Source: Hydrurus foetidus (lineage: Eukaryota). Taken from it: a DNA stretch of 64,000 nt. Below, piece after piece: positions 1 through 9,200 of this stretch. Each line of letters begins with the position of its first letter. Position 1 is the first letter of the stretch. The notes under the pieces were generated by a model. It was given only the letters and a program-made list of their open reading frames with translations. It made no database searches and was not told where the DNA came from. The position numbers and the translations under genes were made by a program. Where the stretch lies: the NCBI GenBank assembly GCA_900617105.1, contig UYFQ01000027.1, forward strand, positions 1 through 64,000. Reading direction: 5' to 3'.

Positions 1-95
1 TCAGAACGAGGCGAAGCTCTTGAAAAATTTTTCTGAGCAGGGGTTATCGATCTCCATTGACTTTCAGTGAGATTTACATCGATAAGTGATTAGAC

Positions 96-3000
96 ATGTC
101 ATCACCACCTAACCCAAACCCTGATCCGAATCCGGACGAAGAGGAGATTGCACGTCTGGCAGCTTTAGCCGCGCTCAACGAGTCGACTATCTCAATGTCG
201 AACTCGCTGTTCCCAGCTTTCCCCTCGACGATGCAACTCCAGGGTGAGGTGTTCGTCCTCAGGCATAACTTCATTGATGAAGCTGATGCGACTGAGTTCT
301 ACGAACAGGCTCAGAGGTACCCGTTGATGAAGCTAACCGATTGCATGCAGAAGCAGGCAATCGAGTTACTTAATTTCAGGATCATGATCGATCCTGAATT
401 TAACATCATCGATAGACGACAACGCCATGATTGGCAGACTAAATTGTCGGTACTTCAGGTAGCCAAACTGATAATAAAGTACTTCTCTCCAAATGGTTTG
501 GGAGAATGTACTCTGGCAGAGAGCTTTAGCCAAGTTCCCTTCCATTATCAGATCGCTAACCACGATCATGAGAATGCCACATTCGTACGTTACAACGAAC
601 TTGTGAGCACTTATGAGAGGTCTAAGGGACCATTATCAGAGACTCAGCATGCTGAGCTCATATTGATTTTGGAGAAGCGCCTAGCCAAGGGTAGTCAAAT
701 CCAACAGGATTACCTGAAAGCGAAAGCTGCTGACAACACTCCACCTCATACGTGGTATTCGACTATGCTACGCATTGGTCAGGTTCTTGCCAAGGCTAGG
801 GCAATGATGAACCTCATCAAAAGCTATGGCAACCCGGACACGGTGTACTCGTTTCCTGCATCAGCAGTTCCACCAGACGTTGGTAAGAGGGAGACGAGTA
901 GAGCGAGTGCTAAAGCACCCTCACCTACACCCTCCGCTTCGTCGAGATCAGTCACTGCTACTGTGCGTACCCCTAGCTCGTACGTTCCGACGCAGCACGG
1001 ACTCTCTGTCCGTGCTTCCACGGAAGTACCGCTCGTACCGATGTTTCGTCCGTGCCGGTCGTGCGGAGCTACGTCGCACAATTTGGCAGACTGCCCCATA
1101 CTGTACTACTCCGACTCCAACACGAATCACCAAGTTGAGTGGGAGAGTTCTACAGTGGGGATGGCTTGGGCCGCGGTGGGGTACTCTGAATGGCAACTCA
1201 ACCTCGTCCTTCCGGGATACGAGGAACGAGTTCAGTTCTACCCCAGAGGTTCTAAACCTTACTTGATGTGTAACGACAACAAGCGCGCCAAGAACAGCCA
1301 TGGTTCTGGAAACAACTCCAACACCTCGGATGGTTCAGATCGTTCCAACCAGGGTCAAGGAGGAAACTCCCAGAACCAATCTGGTTATGGTAACCAGGGT
1401 AACCAGGGGGGTGGTAGAGGTAAGCAAAGGGGCCATCAAAACCCCAATGCGAACCAATACCAGGGCCGTGGGTCCGGCGGTAAGGGTAAATACAACCCCC
1501 CGCAGGGACACAACCCTCCTCCCAACACTCAGCCGGGACAACACCAGGGTAAGAACCTTGCCCATGACTGTGTGGCTGCCACATTCGATGATGATGTCTT
1601 TAATCTGACTGATGATCATCTCGAAGTGCAGCCACTTGTACCTATTCGTGAAGAATTCTTACATACCCCTTCCACCCTCGCTTCTCACCACCTTAACGTT
1701 ACGGTTATTGTGCAGGATAAGGACAGGACAGGCCCAGCTAGCGAGCTGCGCGCCGCGGGAAAGGCCGTAATGGATACGGCCAATTATTCAGACAATTTTA
1801 TTTCATATGACATGATTGAAAAATTAAATGCTACTCACTTATGTTATCCTGCTCTTAAAGCCATAACTGTTTGCAGCGGTCTCGATGGCCAATGCTATCT
1901 AAATAACGAAATTTGCGATTTAAAAATCCTTTTTCATTCTTACGATGGTGAATGCCATAGCATCAGCCTACCCATGAGGGTCAATCGGAAAACCGACATC
2001 GACATTTTATTTAGCCGTGAAACGGTAAATAAGTATGATTTTTGGACGTTAACTCCGTTTGCATTCGGCATTTCTCCTGAGCTAAGTGCTGAGAATAAGA
2101 GAAAGAGCGATGCTCGCAGACGCGAATTCGAAAGAAAAGAAGCTTTGGATAAACTCGATCCGTTGTTTCAACACAAATATACGCGTCGTATGATAGCGTT
2201 GGGTACCGAACCTGATACAGCCGTAGTCGAGTCTTTAACACCTCACTACGACAAGCTGAAATATCCAGGCGGTAAACCACCCTCTAAAAAGAGAGAAACA
2301 CACGGATCTTCCGAGTATCCAAACAAGAAGAGCATATTGCATGGTCAATCTTCTTCGAAGAGCAACGTCTCTTGTGTCCATACAATGTCGACATGTAACG
2401 ATACTCAGATGGAGATCGAGGGAGTAGCTACCCAAGATCCCTGTGGTGTTGTAGGTTGTGAGCGACTGAATAGTGTCACTACTATTCTCGCAAAACGTAC
2501 GGGTGATACACCGCACCTAGGTGGCGACCAGATTCCCACCCCTACAAACACTTCTGAGGACTCTGATACCTTAGACTATGTCACTGAGCCTTTATGGCCC
2601 AGTGGTGTCGCACTCTCAGTTGACGAGATTGACGATGGCAAGATAGATACGTTTGCCCCCTTCTTGGCGGAGAAACCTAGTCAAGATGACTTGCCCAAAG
2701 GGCCAGAGGATTTCCTCAAAGAGATTACCTTTGAAGGAGATGAAAGCTTTCAAAGGAAGCTCCGAGAGCTCTGTTCTGAATATTCAGACATCTTCAGTGA
2801 TCAATTAGCTGAGAAACCAGCGTCACTTAAACCCTTTGAGATTAACATCCCACTTGAGTTGTGGGAAAAAGACGAAAACCGTACGCCGGTACGTCCCCAG
2901 TCATCAACAAAAGAGGTTGCTCTCAAAGAAAACCTTGACGAGATGCTTGCATCAGGGGTTATAGAGCGATCAGATGCCGCTTATTACAGTCATCCTGTAA

Positions 3001-3593
3001 TAGTAACTAAGTCACCCGGTAAATTTCGAACCTGCATCGATTACCGGCCACTTAATAGGTGTCTTAAGCCGGCCTCATTCCCGTTACCAAATATCAAACA
3101 CCTCTTTGAGAGGATCGGTAATAAAAAACCGGATATTTTTGGTGTGATGGATTTAACCGCTGGTTACCATCAAGCACCGTTACACCCCGCACACCGCATT
3201 TTTACGGCATTCATATGCTTTGCGGGGGTATTTCAGTTTACGAGACTGCCCTTTGGTCCGTGTCGAGCCCCCTCTTACTTTCAAGAGCAGATGGTAACGG
3301 CGGTCCTCTATGGCCTTATCTATCATTGTTGCGAGATGTATCTCGACGATTGTATAGTATATGGCAAGGGTGAAGCAGAGTTTCTTACTAACTTGAAAAA
3401 AGTTTTTGCAAGATTTAGACTTAAGGGTCTAAGACTCAAAGCTAAAAAATGCCGTTTCGGCCTTCCACGTATTGAATACGTTGGCAGAGTCGTTGACAAA
3501 GATGGTTTATCCATGTCAAAAGAGAAGATAGAAACAGTTTTAAACTTTTCTATACCTAAAAATTTAACCTTACTCAGGTCATTTTGGGTTTAG
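96..3593 (+). CDS. Gypsy Gag-Pol, N-terminal part (Gag with CCHC zinc knuckle, aspartic protease, reverse transcriptase)
   Basis: Zinc knuckle CRSCGATSHNLADC; protease-like VMDTANYSDNFIS; RT motifs FRTCIDYRPLN, DLTAGYHQ, RLPFG, YLDD, YVGRVV. The frame breaks at RSF (3582-3590). Confidence 0.93.
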   Translation: MSSPPNPNPDPNPDEEEIARLAALAALNESTISMSNSLFPAFPSTMQLQGEVFVLRHNFIDEADATEFYEQAQRYPLMKLTDCMQKQAIELLNFRIMIDPEFNIIDRRQRHDWQTKLSVLQVAKLIIKYFSPNGLGECTLAESFSQVPFHYQIANHDHENATFVRYNELVSTYERSKGPLSETQHAELILILEKRLAKGSQIQQDYLKAKAADNTPPHTWYSTMLRIGQVLAKARAMMNLIKSYGNPDTVYSFPASAVPPDVGKRETSRASAKAPSPTPSASSRSVTATVRTPSSYVPTQHGLSVRASTEVPLVPMFRPCRSCGATSHNLADCPILYYSDSNTNHQVEWESSTVGMAWAAVGYSEWQLNLVLPGYEERVQFYPRGSKPYLMCNDNKRAKNSHGSGNNSNTSDGSDRSNQGQGGNSQNQSGYGNQGNQGGGRGKQRGHQNPNANQYQGRGSGGKGKYNPPQGHNPPPNTQPGQHQGKNLAHDCVAATFDDDVFNLTDDHLEVQPLVPIREEFLHTPSTLASHHLNVTVIVQDKDRTGPASELRAAGKAVMDTANYSDNFISYDMIEKLNATHLCYPALKAITVCSGLDGQCYLNNEICDLKILFHSYDGECHSISLPMRVNRKTDIDILFSRETVNKYDFWTLTPFAFGISPELSAENKRKSDARRREFERKEALDKLDPLFQHKYTRRMIALGTEPDTAVVESLTPHYDKLKYPGGKPPSKKRETHGSSEYPNKKSILHGQSSSKSNVSCVHTMSTCNDTQMEIEGVATQDPCGVVGCERLNSVTTILAKRTGDTPHLGGDQIPTPTNTSEDSDTLDYVTEPLWPSGVALSVDEIDDGKIDTFAPFLAEKPSQDDLPKGPEDFLKEITFEGDESFQRKLRELCSEYSDIFSDQLAEKPASLKPFEINIPLELWEKDENRTPVRPQSSTKEVALKENLDEMLASGVIERSDAAYYSHPVIVTKSPGKFRTCIDYRPLNRCLKPASFPLPNIKHLFERIGNKKPDIFGVMDLTAGYHQAPLHPAHRIFTAFICFAGVFQFTRLPFGPCRAPSYFQEQMVTAVLYGLIYHCCEMYLDDCIVYGKGEAEFLTNLKKVFARFRLKGLRLKAKKCRFGLPRIEYVGRVVDKDGLSMSKEKIETVLNFSIPKNLTLLRSFWV

Positions 3594-5536
3594 CGAACTA
3601 TTTTCGACAGTTTGTACCAATGCATTCCACTTTGGTTAAGCCAATGCAGGATATGATTGATCACTCTGCTCCGAGACGTTCTGCTGTAGTTTGGACTCAA
3701 AAGAGCACCAACTCATTTGTTGACACAAAGATTGCTATATCTCGTTGTCCATTAATGTACTTCATTGATGACAATAAGTTAGACATCCGCTTGTATACAG
3801 ACGCATCCGACTTTGGTATCGGTGGAGTCTTATTCCAAGTTGTTGGTGCCATTTGGCAACCAATTGCTTTCATTAGCAAATCGTTGACACCCACACAAAT
3901 AAGGTGGTCTACGATACAAAAAGAGGCTTATGCCATCTTCTTTTGTTGTACACAACTCGATTATCTAATCAGAGATCGTACGTTCACTATCCATACGGAT
4001 CATTTGAACATAACATATATGAAACAAAATCCTACCTCAATGGTGGCGAGATGGTTCATTGCTATGCAAGAACTAGATTTTACCGTGGTATTCGTACCCG
4101 GTACTTCGAATGTTTTGGCAGACGCACTGTCAAGGCTTTGTCCTAATCTGACAGAAATTGCTCTGCCATTACGAACAGAAGAATTGGAATTACTTCCTAC
4201 TTCATCATCGTCTTTCACTGTATCAGCTCTGACGGTCATAGAACCAGCTTCAGACGATCAGTTAGAATACATTCAAATGTGCCACAATGCAATTGTCGGT
4301 CACAACGGCGTAGACCGTACCCTTACTCGGTTGTTTAGTTTACAACAAGTATGGAAACACATGAAACAACATGTACGTACGTTCATACAGAACTGTCCGT
4401 GTTGTCAAAAGTTGAGTGCAAAAGATCCTAAGATCAATGCGTCTCATTTTGCAACTTCAAATTATGCTATCTTCGATACGCTAAATGTTGACTATATTGG
4501 TCCATTTCCTGACAAAGGTTATATCCTAGTCATCATCGATACATTCACACGATGGACAGAATTGTTCTGGTGTGCAGACGCAGATGCTAAATCAGCAGCT
4601 GACTGTTTGCTTGCGCATTTTGGTCGATTTGGATCACCAAATATGATTAGATCTGATCGAGGATCACATTTCGCAAATGAATTGATCAAAGAATTCTTAG
4701 ATCTTTGTGGAACACCACATAATCTCACCCTTGCTTACTCGAAACAAGAGAATGCAATTGTTGAAAGAGTCAACAAAGAGGTGAATAGACACTTAAGAGG
4801 TTTAGTTTTTGATAAACAAACCCTTGAGGGATATGCTAAGTCAATCCCATTCGTGCAACGTATCATTAACGGTTCAGTTAATAGACGCACAGGTGTCTGT
4901 CCCGCTCATTTATTGTTCGGGAACAAACTTGATTTGAATCGTGGTATTCTCACTCCACACTTAAGTGTCGGAACACATTCAAGATCAACGTACATATCAG
5001 ATTTGATAAGTGTACAAGACAAAGTACTTGAAACTGCGGTTCAAACTTTGTTAAAAGCGGATGCTAAAAACGCCGCGTCAGCTGAATCAGCGACTGTGTT
5101 CCCCGTGGGGTCATATGTCTTATGCCGATACACTGATCGACCTCCAACTCGATTACATACTAAGTGGCATGGCCCTTACTGTATTGTCTCCTTTAAGGGG
5201 TCCGAGTACGTTCTCGCTAATCTTGTAAATCACAAGACACGAAGTGTTCACGTCAAGAATTTGAAAATATTCAATTATGACCCAGAGGTAGATATACCTG
5301 CTGACACTGCTCGTCGCGATTACATGGAGTTCGTGGTTGAGAAAGTTCTGGGTCACGCTGGTGACACCAAGAAACCGACTACAATGTCGTTCCATGTTAA
5401 ATGGCTCAACTACGATGACTCTCATAATACATGGGAGCCGTGGAAATCACTACGGCTCTGTGAAGCACTCCATGATTATTTACGGGATAACAAAATGAAA
5501 CATTTCATTCCCAGAAACATTGAGACATCAGCCTAA
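3584..5536 (+). CDS. Gypsy Pol, C-terminal part (RT thumb, RNase H, integrase, chromodomain), frameshifted relative to the upstream ORF
   Basis: GLANYFRQFV; RNase H LYTDASDFGIGGVL, TDH and LADALSR; integrase zinc finger (CHNAIVGH...CPCC) and DD35E (VDYIG, SDRG, IVERVNK); GPY motif; chromodomain FVVEKVLGH...FHVKWLNYDDSHNTWEP. Confidence 0.95.
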   Translation: MGLANYFRQFVPMHSTLVKPMQDMIDHSAPRRSAVVWTQKSTNSFVDTKIAISRCPLMYFIDDNKLDIRLYTDASDFGIGGVLFQVVGAIWQPIAFISKSLTPTQIRWSTIQKEAYAIFFCCTQLDYLIRDRTFTIHTDHLNITYMKQNPTSMVARWFIAMQELDFTVVFVPGTSNVLADALSRLCPNLTEIALPLRTEELELLPTSSSSFTVSALTVIEPASDDQLEYIQMCHNAIVGHNGVDRTLTRLFSLQQVWKHMKQHVRTFIQNCPCCQKLSAKDPKINASHFATSNYAIFDTLNVDYIGPFPDKGYILVIIDTFTRWTELFWCADADAKSAADCLLAHFGRFGSPNMIRSDRGSHFANELIKEFLDLCGTPHNLTLAYSKQENAIVERVNKEVNRHLRGLVFDKQTLEGYAKSIPFVQRIINGSVNRRTGVCPAHLLFGNKLDLNRGILTPHLSVGTHSRSTYISDLISVQDKVLETAVQTLLKADAKNAASAESATVFPVGSYVLCRYTDRPPTRLHTKWHGPYCIVSFKGSEYVLANLVNHKTRSVHVKNLKIFNYDPEVDIPADTARRDYMEFVVEKVLGHAGDTKKPTTMSFHVKWLNYDDSHNTWEPWKSLRLCEALHDYLRDNKMKHFIPRNIETSA

Positions 5537-5857
5537 GTTGCTGATCTCGAACGTATTATCTTTTGAAGATTTTTCCTAATTTTCCCTCTATGAGGTTTTA
5601 TGGTTTTAGTCAGTAAAAATCTGACATAATTACGTATCGAGGTCTCGTGCGCAAGTACATGGTACTAGGCACCCACCTTATCGCCTCGACCGACCCACCA
5701 CCAAGTCTATTTGTATAGATTTTTATTTTTATACATTTCAATGTATTATTAGATTTACATATTTGTAATCTTTTTCTTTATTATTCCTTTAGTTAGTTTT
5801 AGCCTTATTAGATTTTTGTACAAAACGTGGTGGTCGCGTCATAGGTTCTTTTTCTTC

Positions 5858-5879
5858 AGAAAAAGATAAGTGGGGGTGA
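5858..5879 (+). other. Polypurine tract of the Gypsy element
   Basis: agaaaaagataagtgggggtga directly precedes the TGTGG start of the LTR. Confidence 0.8.
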
Positions 5880-6087
5880 TGTGGTCGGACCGGCTATACC
5901 GGGCCTACGGGCCGTACCGGACCTTGTCCCGATCCATCCGATCCTACCGCCTACTGTACACATACATCTCTAGCGCAGCTGCTAGCTAGCTCTAGCCTAC
6001 TCGTAGAAGTTATCCTAGCTTCTAGCTCGTAGCCTTGTAACTAATTAACACCTCTCCTCTATCGACCTACTTCCTATCTGGACTACA
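5880..6087 (+). repeat. 3' LTR of the Gypsy element (~208 bp)
   Basis: Starts TGTGGTCGGA right after the PPT and ends TCTGGACTACA (imperfect terminal inverted repeat); Copia coding sequence resumes immediately afterwards. Confidence 0.8.
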
Positions 6088-6092
6088 GCATC

Positions 6093-8639
6093 GTGATGTG
6101 CGTACTGTACGTAGTCTCACGGTTAAATTTCGAACCATACGGTGAACGAGAATGGGGTCCTAGCCCAAGAGAAGCTTTCATAGGTAGAAAGCCAGATGGT
6201 AAAAGAGACTTCAGATGTGCATTTGGAGACTATGTACAGTGCACAGTGGCCAATACAGAGTCGACTCTCAGATCTCGCACAGAAGACTGTGTAGTTATGC
6301 TGCCGCTTGGAAACCGTACGGGTACGGTGAGGATGTTGTCTTTAACTACCGGAAAGCTAGTGAACCGAGATCAATTTATAATCATGCCAATGCCTGAATC
6401 AGTTATTAAAAGATTGAATGCGCTCGCACTAGCAGATGGAAGGGTGATGGGAAAGAGTGAATTGGTGGGAACCGATAACATCAATGAAACAGTCAACGGT
6501 AAAACAGAGGGGTTACCAGAGACGATAGAAACAACCATAAATGAGGGTGTAGACCCATCGATTACACTACTGGATGCGAATTACAACCCTGAGTTGGTAT
6601 ACGAAGAAGCCGGCGACCAGATCGATGAGACTCAACTCGACGAGCCGCATGCGGAAGAGTCCGGACTCGCAGATGATATGATTCCACCACAAACAGTACG
6701 ATTCGAACCGAAGGAAGTAGCGATGGATGACTTGATGACCAGCTTCAGAAAGTTGGCAGTTGGACTACCTCACACAGTATCGGCCGAGACTGTCGATGAG
6801 CAGGGTGTACCGGAGGACTACGGCGAGAACGGTGCAATCGACATGGGAGCGACAGAGGAACCAGTTACAGTGACCTCTACACCCAACACTTACTCAGCAT
6901 ACGGACACAGGGTAGTCCCAAGAGCGGATCTGATGGATATGTTCAGAGGAGACAAACAGACCGCAGCACTACTCACTAGGAACTATGACTCAGCAGGAGG
7001 AGATTGGGGTGAATATGTGATGAACATTTCAGTAAACGAAGCACTGAGGACAAGGGGAAAGGATGCAGAGACAGTGATACAAAAGGAGTTAGGACAGATG
7101 ATCGAGAAGAAAGTCTGGACTCCCGTAGACATTCGAGGCCTGTCGCACGGAGAGAAAGCTCGCATCATACGGTCAAGTATGTTCTTGAAGGAGAAATTTT
7201 TGGCTAGTGGTGAGTTCGAAAAGTTGAAAGCGAGATTAGTTGCAGGAGGAGATCAACAGGACAAGACATTGTATGATGATTTGTCAGCTCCTACTGTTGG
7301 GACCAGCTGCGTATTCACCCTGTTGTGCATCGCAGCTCACGAAGGTCGGAAGGTCACTGTGGTAGATATTAGCGGGGCATACTTGAACGCAGACATGAAC
7401 ACTGGGCTAACAGTTCATATGCGATTAGACAAGAGCATGACAGGCATGATGGTGAAGCTGTCACCACAGTACGAGAAGTACATGGACGCCAGAGGATGTG
7501 TTGTGGTGAGGTTGGACAAAGCGCTGTACGGATGCGTGGAGTCAGCAGCACTGTGGTATGAGAACCTCAGGGAGAGCCTGAAGAAACTTGGATACACACC
7601 GAACGCTATAGACACATGCGTATTCAATAAGCGCAACGAGAACGGCGTACAATGCACTATCGCTGTGCACGTGGACGACTTAATGATTACTAGCACAGAC
7701 TCAGACATGATCGAGTCGCTCGCTGTAGGGCTGGCGAAGAGATACGGAGATATCACTCGCAAGGACGGCCCGATCGTGAACTACCTAGGAATGGTGTTCG
7801 ACCTGACTGTACGTGGAGTAGCTAAGGTGACGATGACGGGGTATGTAGATGACATGCTGAAAGAAGTGGGGACGAGCAAGGGAGCGCGTACCCCGGCGAC
7901 AGAGGGTCTCTTTGAGGTGAGACCGGATGCACTCACGGTGAGTGAGGGACTGAGGGTGATGTTTCACAGACATGTGGCTAAGATGCTATACCTGGCGAAG
8001 CGAGCCAGACCGGACTGTCTGACTGCGGTCGCATTTCTTGCCACGAGAGTGACCAAGTGTACAGTTGACGACCTAGCGAAGCTCGATCGCCTTATGAGAT
8101 ACGTATGGGCGACTCGGGAGAGAGGAATAGTGTTTACACCTGGAGCGTCAGGGATTGTTGTGAGTGTCCTTATTGATGCAGCATATGGAGTCCACGCAGA
8201 CGGGAGGTCCCATACGGGGAGCTGCATCGTAGTGGGCGATAGAGGAGCAGTTCACTGCAAATCTTCCAAGCAACAGATTGTAACGAAGTCGAGCACGGAA
8301 GCTGAGCTGGTGGCTCTGTCCGACTCCGCGAATCAGGCACTTCACGTGAGAAGCTTCATCATCGCACAAGGACACGTGTGTGGCCCTGTCATCATACACC
8401 AAGACAACATGTCCTGCATGGCGCTCATCGACCGGGGACGGTCAGGAGCAGAGCGCACGAGACACATCTCAATCAAGTATTTCTGGTTGAAAGAGAGGGT
8501 GGATATGGGTGAGGCGAAGGTGAAGCACCTCGGGACAAAGGACATGTATGCGAACATGTTGACGAAGCCACTCCAGGGAGCACAGTTCAAGACGGAGAGA
8601 AAGGGCGTCACAGGGTGGCCGGACAAAGATTTAGAATAG
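6093..8639 (+). CDS. Copia Pol fragment (integrase C-terminus, RT, RNase H); 5'-truncated by the insertion, so the GTG is not a real start
   Basis: VLYVVSRLN...SPREAF...RCAFG (end of integrase); KLKARLVAGG, VDISGAYLNA, LDKALYG, HVDDL, YLGM, RPD; RNase H IDAAY, KSSTEAELVA, QDN, RTRHI, ANMLTKPL. Confidence 0.93.
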   Translation: MMCVLYVVSRLNFEPYGEREWGPSPREAFIGRKPDGKRDFRCAFGDYVQCTVANTESTLRSRTEDCVVMLPLGNRTGTVRMLSLTTGKLVNRDQFIIMPMPESVIKRLNALALADGRVMGKSELVGTDNINETVNGKTEGLPETIETTINEGVDPSITLLDANYNPELVYEEAGDQIDETQLDEPHAEESGLADDMIPPQTVRFEPKEVAMDDLMTSFRKLAVGLPHTVSAETVDEQGVPEDYGENGAIDMGATEEPVTVTSTPNTYSAYGHRVVPRADLMDMFRGDKQTAALLTRNYDSAGGDWGEYVMNISVNEALRTRGKDAETVIQKELGQMIEKKVWTPVDIRGLSHGEKARIIRSSMFLKEKFLASGEFEKLKARLVAGGDQQDKTLYDDLSAPTVGTSCVFTLLCIAAHEGRKVTVVDISGAYLNADMNTGLTVHMRLDKSMTGMMVKLSPQYEKYMDARGCVVVRLDKALYGCVESAALWYENLRESLKKLGYTPNAIDTCVFNKRNENGVQCTIAVHVDDLMITSTDSDMIESLAVGLAKRYGDITRKDGPIVNYLGMVFDLTVRGVAKVTMTGYVDDMLKEVGTSKGARTPATEGLFEVRPDALTVSEGLRVMFHRHVAKMLYLAKRARPDCLTAVAFLATRVTKCTVDDLAKLDRLMRYVWATRERGIVFTPGASGIVVSVLIDAAYGVHADGRSHTGSCIVVGDRGAVHCKSSKQQIVTKSSTEAELVALSDSANQALHVRSFIIAQGHVCGPVIIHQDNMSCMALIDRGRSGAERTRHISIKYFWLKERVDMGEAKVKHLGTKDMYANMLTKPLQGAQFKTERKGVTGWPDKDLE

Positions 8640-8705
8640 AATATTATTCCATAACAATATGCTAGTTTAGTTATTGCGTACAAATGAGTCGTAGCATGAA
8701 GGGTG

Positions 8706-8928
8706 TGTTGGATATATCTGAGTTCATGACACGAACACATTGAGTGTACTTATGCATCCGTACGGTGTACGGGTTAATTTGTGTGTGTATGCACGTACGT
8801 GCTTGTGTTGCGAAGATGTATGGACCTGAACAATGACCGTGCTTCTATGGTAGCGAAGAGTTTGAATTTGTTTCTGGGTGAAATCGACTCGTTGCTTTCT
8901 GTGGATGAGAAGCACAGTCGAATTAACA
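8706..8928 (+). repeat. Putative 3' LTR of the Copia element
   Basis: Begins TGTTGG after gaagggtg and ends AATTAACA at 8928. An alternative end is TATCA at 8948. The 5' copy is outside the window, so this is unconfirmed. Confidence 0.6.
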
Positions 8929-9200
8929 AGTGATCATCGATACTATCAATCCCATTTCACGAGTCTTGATAACTGAGCCAGTGTCCTCAAGGTCCACGTT
9001 CCGTCCGAGCAGAGTCCGGAATTCAAAGGTTCTTCAACACCGAGTCGATCATTTGTCATTTGTGTTTGTGTGAAATCAAGTTCGAGTTGTTCCAATGAGT
9101 ACTTCAACCACACTAGGGTTACGCTCTTCACTATTGTGCATGAACGACCAATAGAGCAGAAGTGACGAGCCCGCCATCCCGAACGATTGTGGGAAATTCC

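Larger units (their letters stand above)
1..6087 (+). mobile_element. Ty3/Gypsy LTR retrotransposon (chromovirus type); 5' LTR lies upstream of the window
   Basis: Domain order gag-PR-RT-RNaseH-INT-chromodomain, followed by a purine-rich tract (5858-5879) and a TG...CA-bounded 3' LTR (5880-6087). Confidence 0.95.
6088..8928 (+). mobile_element. Ty1/Copia LTR retrotransposon, 3' portion (interrupted by the Gypsy insertion)
   Basis: INT(C-terminus)-RT-RNaseH order typical of Copia, then a purine-rich stretch (~8697-8705) and a TGTT...AACA-bounded putative 3' LTR. Confidence 0.9.

Noticed and set aside
3582..3590. Programmed -1 ribosomal frameshift site
   Set aside because: There is no X XXY YYZ slippery heptamer, and the site is mid-RT rather than at the gag-pol boundary.
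9162..9200. GTG start for the rhodopsin given by the ORF track
   Set aside because: This is a eukaryotic gene, so the first in-frame ATG (9201) is preferred.
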